Of a stretch of 64,000 nt of DNA, positions 58,530-64,000 are shown piece by piece. The notes under the pieces were generated by a model that did no database searches, was not told where the DNA came from, and was given only the letters and a program-made list of their open reading frames with translations. Within the stretch, counting starts at the first letter, position 1, and each line of letters starts with the position of its first letter. Source of the stretch: Acidimicrobiales bacterium (GTDB taxonomy: Bacteria > Actinomycetota > Acidimicrobiia > Acidimicrobiales > Aldehydirespiratoraceae). A program made the translations under genes and the position numbers. Location: NCBI GenBank assembly GCA_029263195.1, contig JAJCXX010000084.1, forward strand, positions 65,713 to 129,712. The letters run 5' to 3'.

Positions 58530-58557
58530 CTCACCTGCGCGGTGACTCGTCCGACAG
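58530..58557 (+). promoter_or_regulatory. Sigma-28/WhiG-type promoter for pilA
   Basis: CTCAC-N15-TCCGACAG. Confidence 0.7.
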
Positions 58558-58609
58558 GTAGAAGACCCGATTCTCGTGAAGTGCTCTACGAATCAAACAG
58601 GAGAGAGAC

Positions 58610-59107
58610 ATGAATACTTTGACATCAACCGCCGGCCGCAAGCGACCGGGATTCCGCGATCGGGAGGCCGGATTCACGCTGATCGAGGTGATGGTGGTCG
58701 TCATGATCATCGGGATCCTGCTCGCGATCGGTGTGCCGACCTTCATGGGCGCACGAACCCGCGCCCAAGAGAGAGCGGCACAGTCCAGCCTCCGCATCGC
58801 TCAGACCAGCGCGATGGTGGTCTACACCGACTCGGGAGATTTCGGTGATGCCACCGTGAACGCGCTTCGGGCGACCGAGCCCGGCTTCACATGGCTGTCG
58901 AGTAACTCGGCGTCCACCGACGATAAGCGAATCAGCATTGCCAGCAACAGAGCAGGTACGGAGTGGGCAGCGGCAGCGATGTCCGACTCCGGTACGTGCT
59001 ACTACATCCGTGTTCGCGAAAGCGGCTCCACGCTGTACGGCCAGTCCTCGAGGTCATCGTGTACGGGCCAGTCTGCTCTCACCAGAGCGCGGGGCGCGGA
59101 GTGGTGA
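58610..59107 (+). CDS. pilA: Major type IV pilin
   Basis: SD GGAGAG; EAG/FTLIEVMVVVMIIGILLAIGVP; C-terminal Cys pair. Confidence 0.9.
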   Translation: MNTLTSTAGRKRPGFRDREAGFTLIEVMVVVMIIGILLAIGVPTFMGARTRAQERAAQSSLRIAQTSAMVVYTDSGDFGDATVNALRATEPGFTWLSSNSASTDDKRISIASNRAGTEWAAAAMSDSGTCYYIRVRESGSTLYGQSSRSSCTGQSALTRARGAEW

Positions 59108-59120
59108 TCACGTAGATCGG

Positions 59121-59148
59121 AGGGCCCTCGGCATTGGTCGGGGGCCCT
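59121..59148. terminator. Hairpin after pilA, between convergent genes
   Basis: AGGGCCCTCGGC-ATTG-GTCGGGGGCCCT. Confidence 0.6.
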
Positions 59149-59177
59149 GCGGGTTCTGCTGCCGCCGCTTGCAGCTC

Positions 59178-61256
59178 TCAGTCGGTGCCTGTGGTGGCCG
59201 ACTCCAAATCCATCATCCAACGAAGCTCGAAGTCACTCGCCGAGACCGCTCTGCCGTATAGGTAGCCCTGGGCGAAGGTCGCACCGAGAGTCGTCAGCAG
59301 AGACGCATCTTGCTCAGTCTCCACCCCCTCGGCGATCGTTTCACAGCCATAGGCATCCGCGATTCGCATGATCGAACTGACCATCGCTCTGAGTTCGGGA
59401 CGATGGGATACACCCAGGACGAACGACTGGTCGATCTTGATGTAGTCGACTCGAAGAGTGTTGATCAGATGCAGAGACGAAAAGCCGGTACCGAAATCAT
59501 CCAGAGCAACACCGATGCCCCGCAATCGCAATGTGGTGAGATCACGAGTCAGATTGGTTGATGGGTTGAATGCGGCCGCCTCCGTAATCTCGAGGCAGAG
59601 TGCCGTGGGCGGCAGCCCGGTTCGTTGCAGCGCAGAAGCAACGTCGTCAACGAATGTGCCCGTGCCGAGCTGTCGCGGTGAGACGTTCACCGTGATGATG
59701 AAATCATCGGCCATCTCACGCCACCGTGCAGCGTCTCGAAATGCCTCCTCCATGATCTGAAGTCCCAACCGACAGATATGACCGCCCTGCTCGGCGGTCT
59801 CCAGGAAATCGACTGGCTGCAACAGTCCCTTGACGGGGTGCTGCCAGCGCACGAGCGCCTCTGCCCCCAAGAGTCTTCCGTCTCTCACATCGACGATTGG
59901 CTGGTAGTGGACAACGAACTCGTCGACGTCGATGGCGTTCTCGAGCTCCTCGGTCAGCCGGAGTCGGTCAGTCGACCTTTCCCGAAGCGACTGATCGAAT
60001 ACGAGAATCGAGCTCTGGCCCTCAACTCGTCCAGCCAACTTCGCTACTTCCGCGTCCACAATCAGGCTGTCGCTGATCTGAGAGGGCGTCGTTGTGGTCG
60101 CTACGCCGATGCTGACGCGAGGATGAAATACCGAACCGTGGGCCCGGAGGGGCATGGCAATACTGGCAATGAGACTGTCGCCCAGGGCGGTGGCCCCTTC
60201 AGGCGGTTGCACGGTCAGTAGTGCCAGGGTGTCGTTGCGAAGGCCGAACAAGAGGTCTGAGGTGGTCTGAATCGACCGGATTCTCTCTACTACTATTGTC
60301 ATGTAGTTGTCGCCGACGTCGTATCCGTGGCCGGCAATCACTTCGTCGAGGCCCTCCAATGTCAGGGCCAGGATGGAAACTTCGAATGACCGGTCTACGG
60401 GACGCGTCAAGCGAAGGGCCCTGATCTGATCGCAAAGAGCCACGCGGTTCTCGAGACCAGTGGTCGTGTCACGGTAGGCAAGCTGGGTGAGCATTCGCTC
60501 GCGCTCACTGACTACATCCGTCATGGTATTGAACGACGCGACAACGTCAACGAGCTCGGAGGGGCCCTCCTCGCTGACGTGCGTAATGTCCCGGCCCTCC
60601 GCCACCATTAGAGACGCCGTCCTGATGGACTTCAGCGGAGCGGTGATTCTGCGTGCGAAACGTCGCATCAGAATTGCGACGATAATGAAGCCAGCTGCAG
60701 CGACCAGGATCGCTATCCAGCGGCCGTTGCGTTGTCGAAGTTCAGCCTCGTGAACCTCTTCATCGAACTCAGACAACGATATGAAGGAGGCGCTTTCGAG
60801 TGACTCGAAGGCTAGGCGGATCGACTCGACAAGACTTGACGCCAGCTCCGCACGCGAGGCCGAATCCGTTGTTTCAATGAGCACGGACAGAGACGCGCTG
60901 GCGTTGTCCAGCTGTTCCATCGCTCTTCGTACAGCCTCGTCCTCCGCAACGACACCGGGGACATCTGAGATCTTCGAGACTGCGTCGTACAGATTGTCGA
61001 GATCAACAATGGTCTGCTCGAGTTGGGGTCTGCTCCGTTCGGCGGACTCGATATCGAGAACCGCAATGTCCAGCGCCGACGCGAGAGTCGCGTGTGCGCT
61101 TTTCATCAGCGGCACTGATTCTTCGGATATCTCGTTGGTATGGGAAGAAACGGCGCGGTCATGGACAACATCAGCCCATACAACGGTGCCCGCAACGACG
61201 CCGACTACAACCGCTGCCGCACACCCGATAAGGATCAAATCTCTGCGAATGGACAT
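59178..61256 (-). CDS. Membrane HAMP-degenerate GGDEF-EAL protein (probable phosphodiesterase)
   Basis: 2 TM, HAMP, DTTTGLENR, GGDEF replaced by RNDTL, AEALVRW, DDFGTGFSSL. Confidence 0.9.
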   Translation of the reverse strand: MSIRRDLILIGCAAAVVVGVVAGTVVWADVVHDRAVSSHTNEISEESVPLMKSAHATLASALDIAVLDIESAERSRPQLEQTIVDLDNLYDAVSKISDVPGVVAEDEAVRRAMEQLDNASASLSVLIETTDSASRAELASSLVESIRLAFESLESASFISLSEFDEEVHEAELRQRNGRWIAILVAAAGFIIVAILMRRFARRITAPLKSIRTASLMVAEGRDITHVSEEGPSELVDVVASFNTMTDVVSERERMLTQLAYRDTTTGLENRVALCDQIRALRLTRPVDRSFEVSILALTLEGLDEVIAGHGYDVGDNYMTIVVERIRSIQTTSDLLFGLRNDTLALLTVQPPEGATALGDSLIASIAMPLRAHGSVFHPRVSIGVATTTTPSQISDSLIVDAEVAKLAGRVEGQSSILVFDQSLRERSTDRLRLTEELENAIDVDEFVVHYQPIVDVRDGRLLGAEALVRWQHPVKGLLQPVDFLETAEQGGHICRLGLQIMEEAFRDAARWREMADDFIITVNVSPRQLGTGTFVDDVASALQRTGLPPTALCLEITEAAAFNPSTNLTRDLTTLRLRGIGVALDDFGTGFSSLHLINTLRVDYIKIDQSFVLGVSHRPELRAMVSSIMRIADAYGCETIAEGVETEQDASLLTTLGATFAQGYLYGRAVSASDFELRWMMDLESATTGTD

Positions 61257-61389
61257 TGTAGGATGTCCCCTCCACTTGGATATCAGATCCCCACGAACGG
61301 CTCTTCAATCGTAGTGCGGACGCATCTGAATTGATAGTTGGAGCACTCGAGAGGTGAAGATCTCCGAGGATGAGAACCGATCCGAGTGG

Positions 61390-62538
61390 TCAGTACAGGA
61401 ACATCGGCTTGCCGGCCACATGGCGTAGCTTCGGCTGATAGTTACCGGCGTCGTAGAGCTCGTCGATATCGACGCGGCGGACGCCTTCGCCGGTGACGCT
61501 GATCGGCACGTTGGTGTAGGTACCGGATCGAAGGGCAACCATGCGCCCGAGGGTGCCGTCGATGGCCAGATCGACGGCCATGACGGCGTAGTTCATGCCC
61601 ACCATGAGGTCGAGGGAGTCGGGACTGCCAGAACGCATCAGGTAGGCCAGTTCCTGCAGGATGATGCCCTCACCGGTCCGCTCCTTGAGCATGTCGCCGG
61701 TGGTCTTGCCTATCCCGCCGAGCTTGCGATGGCCGTAGGCGTCGGCCTCGCCCGAAAGACTCAAGTCGCTGCCCTCCATGGTGGCGCCCTCGGAGATGGT
61801 GATCATGGCGTAGTTGCTCGGATTGGACGACTTGTCGGCCACTATTAGTTCGCTCAGATGGTCGATGTCGAACGGCACCTCGGAGATGATGGCCCTGTCG
61901 ACACCGGAGAGGTATGCCGTGACCAGGCAAGTCTCGCCGCTGTAGCGGCCGAACAATTCCACGATCGCGATGCGTTCGTGGGAGCCGGTGCTGGTGCGAA
62001 GGTCGTGGATGAACTGCACCCCACGGGTGACAGCGGTGGAGAACCCGATGCAGTAATCGGTGCCGTGCACGTCGTTGTCCATCGTCTTGGGGATGGCCAC
62101 CACCGGTACGCCCTCTTCGTGCATCCGTAGACCGTATGACAGCGTGTCGTCGCCACCGATTGGGAGCAGCACATCGATGCCTAGAGCGTCGAGAACTCTC
62201 AGTATGTGCGGGGTGAAGTCGAAGGGCCCTTCGCCGACGGCCTGGTCGGCGAGAAAATCGGGGACGTTCTCGGCCTTCACACTGCTGGGCTTGGTCCGCG
62301 AGGTGTGAAGGAAGGTGCCGCCGGTTCGATCGATCGTGCGCACGGTCGTTCGATCGAGGACGAGAGTATTGGTGGCAATCGTGTCGGGGTCATCAGGGTT
62401 GCAGTTGAGGAGTCCACCCCAGCCGCGACGAATCCCGATGACTTGGTGACCCTCGTCGATCATCCGGTTGACGGCAGCCTTGATGCAGGGGTTCAGTCCG
62501 GGGACGTCGCCGCCTCCGGTCAGGATCGCTGCTCTCAT
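61390..62538 (-). CDS. 6-phosphofructokinase, probably PPi-dependent
   Basis: [21 protein letters not shown] and PKTMDND. Confidence 0.9.
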   Translation of the reverse strand: MRAAILTGGGDVPGLNPCIKAAVNRMIDEGHQVIGIRRGWGGLLNCNPDDPDTIATNTLVLDRTTVRTIDRTGGTFLHTSRTKPSSVKAENVPDFLADQAVGEGPFDFTPHILRVLDALGIDVLLPIGGDDTLSYGLRMHEEGVPVVAIPKTMDNDVHGTDYCIGFSTAVTRGVQFIHDLRTSTGSHERIAIVELFGRYSGETCLVTAYLSGVDRAIISEVPFDIDHLSELIVADKSSNPSNYAMITISEGATMEGSDLSLSGEADAYGHRKLGGIGKTTGDMLKERTGEGIILQELAYLMRSGSPDSLDLMVGMNYAVMAVDLAIDGTLGRMVALRSGTYTNVPISVTGEGVRRVDIDELYDAGNYQPKLRHVAGKPMFLY

Positions 62539-62605
62539 TTCAGTGTTCCTCTCGATGTCGTGGGACAGTATGCACAGCGTCGCGCAGTCTCGGCCCGTAT
62601 TCGTG

Positions 62606-63808
62606 TCAGATCAGATCAAGGGCCTGTTCCAGATCGACGAGCAGGTCGTCAACTTTCTCGATTCCGGCCGAATACCGCACCAGACCCTCCGGAATGCCGA
62701 GTCGCAGGCGTTCCTCTGCACTGCACTCGACATGGCTGGTGGTGGAAGGCACACCCACTGTTGTCTCGACTGAGCCAAGATTGGCGGCGCGATGGGCGAG
62801 TCGGAGAGCCGGGAGGAACGTCTTCACGGCATCGAAACCCCCCTTGAGAGCGAAGCTGAGCATCCCGCCGAAGCCGGCCATCTGCTGCGCGGCAATCTCG
62901 TGTTTGGGATGCGAGTCGAGGCCCGGGTAGTTGACCGATGCGACCTTGGGGTGGGCCTCGAGGTAGTTCGATACGACGGCCGCGTTGCTGTTCTGTCGTT
63001 CGACCCTCAGATCTAGTGTTTTGACCCCGCGGATCAACAGGTAGGCCGCCATTGGTGAAAGGGCCGCGCCGTTGATCTCGCGGTGATGGAACGCTGCCTC
63101 GACAAGGTCCGGTCGGCCGACGATCACGCCGCCGAGCGCGTCGGCGTGGCCCCCAAGGAACTTGGTGGCGCTGTGGACGACCAAGTCTGCTCCCAGAAGC
63201 AAGGGCAACTGATTGACCGGCGTGGCGAAGGTGTTGTCGACGACCACGGCCGACCCGGCGCGGTGACCGGCATCGATCAGACGACTCAAGTCGAGAATCT
63301 TGAGAGTCGGATTGGTCGGCGTCTCGAGGTAGAGAAGGTCGCAGCCGCCCTGGATCGACCGTTCGATGGCATCGTGATCTGTCGTGTCGACGAGATCAAC
63401 CTCGATCCCCAAGGCGGGAAGGAATTCGGTGAACAAGAGGCTGGTTCCGCCGTATGTGTCCTTCACCGACACCACGCGATCGCCCGGTCGCAGTACTCCG
63501 TGAATCGCTGAGGAGATCGCGGCCATGCCGGAGGCGGCTGACGTAGCAGCCTCGCCGTGCTCGAGGAGCCTCATCTTCTCTTCGAACACCGCAACCGTGG
63601 GGTTGGTATTGCGTCCGTAGATGTGTCCCGGGGCGTCGCCGAGCGCCACCGCCTCCCACTCATCGAGATCGTCGTAACCGTAGGCAACGCTGTGCACTAC
63701 TGGAACCTGTGTGGCGCCGCTCACCATCGAGGTCTCTTCCGCACCCCAAACAGCCACAGTTGCGGGGTCGAGGGGTGTCGATCGGTGCTTGGGTGTCGGC
63801 TCTGTCAT
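62606..63808 (-). CDS. Cystathionine gamma-synthase family PLP enzyme
   Basis: [38 protein letters not shown]. Confidence 0.9.
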   Translation of the reverse strand: MTEPTPKHRSTPLDPATVAVWGAEETSMVSGATQVPVVHSVAYGYDDLDEWEAVALGDAPGHIYGRNTNPTVAVFEEKMRLLEHGEAATSAASGMAAISSAIHGVLRPGDRVVSVKDTYGGTSLLFTEFLPALGIEVDLVDTTDHDAIERSIQGGCDLLYLETPTNPTLKILDLSRLIDAGHRAGSAVVVDNTFATPVNQLPLLLGADLVVHSATKFLGGHADALGGVIVGRPDLVEAAFHHREINGAALSPMAAYLLIRGVKTLDLRVERQNSNAAVVSNYLEAHPKVASVNYPGLDSHPKHEIAAQQMAGFGGMLSFALKGGFDAVKTFLPALRLAHRAANLGSVETTVGVPSTTSHVECSAEERLRLGIPEGLVRYSAGIEKVDDLLVDLEQALDLI

Positions 63809-63820
63809 GGATCCTTCCTC

Positions 63821-64000
63821 TCATTCGTTTCCGAAGTTGGCCATGGCATGTCGCAGGGTGTCGTAGCACGACACTAGGTCGTCGACACGGAGCCACTCGT
63901 CGTCGCTGTGGATGCCGTTTCCGCCGGGGCCGAACACCACGGCCGGAATGTTCCTGCCGGCGAAGAGGGCTGCGTCGGTCCAGAAAGGAGCAGACCGTAG
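63821..64000 (-). CDS. M20 family (ArgE/DapE-like) metallopeptidase, C-terminal fragment
   Basis: Hand translation gives FWTDAALF..IPAVVFGPGGNGIHSDDEW; truncated by the window edge. Confidence 0.8.
   Translation of the reverse strand, partial: LRSAPFWTDAALFAGRNIPAVVFGPGGNGIHSDDEWLRVDDLVSCYDTLRHAMANFGNE

Noticed and set aside
58610-59107. Electrically conductive e-pilin
   Set aside because: F1, F24, Y51 and F57 are present, but positions 27 and 32 are not aromatic and overall aromatic content is modest (about 11 of 144 by hand count)
61256-61390. Sigma-28-type promoter for the third GGDEF-EAL gene
   Set aside because: The best candidates (TGAA-N16-TCTGAT, TCAA-N17-TACGAT) deviate in sequence or spacing, so they were not counted
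1-64000. Prophage, IS elements, defence systems, tRNA or rRNA
   Set aside because: No integrase, transposase, phage structural, restriction/defence or structural RNA signatures recognised by eye

Overview
High-GC bacterial chromosomal segment with an actinobacterial gene content (mycothiol-dependent isomerase family, MMPL, DUF2510, NarL-type two-component systems). The Acidimicrobiia-like assignment is inference. About 58 CDS were read. No rRNA, tRNA, CRISPR array or recognisable IS, integrase or phage gene was seen. Main content: transporters (2 EamA/DMT, DrrAB-like ABC, MMPL); TetR, NarL and LuxR regulators; sulfatase, haloalkane dehalogenase, MetY, SsnA-YgfK, 5'-nucleotidase, Tam and PPi-type PFK; three HAMP-GGDEF-EAL paralogues; and a monoderm type IV pilus cluster (pilMN fusion, pilO, three minor pilins, MshEN-PilB, pilT, pilC, pilA) split into five transcription units. 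Two non-coding signals stand out. (1) A ykkC-family (guanidine-I-like) riboswitch with a variant P3 lies upstream of an EamA transporter at about 21275-21370 (-). (2) A sigma-28/WhiG-type promoter motif CTCA(A/C)-N15/16-(G/T)CCGA(T/C) precedes all five pilus units and two GGDEF-EAL genes, pointing to a c-di-GMP/type IV pilus regulon. Also present: several operator-like palindromes, small ORFs missed by the ORF track, one frameshifted large membrane-protein gene and two internally deleted gene remnants. All family calls come from motif recognition by eye, not database searches.
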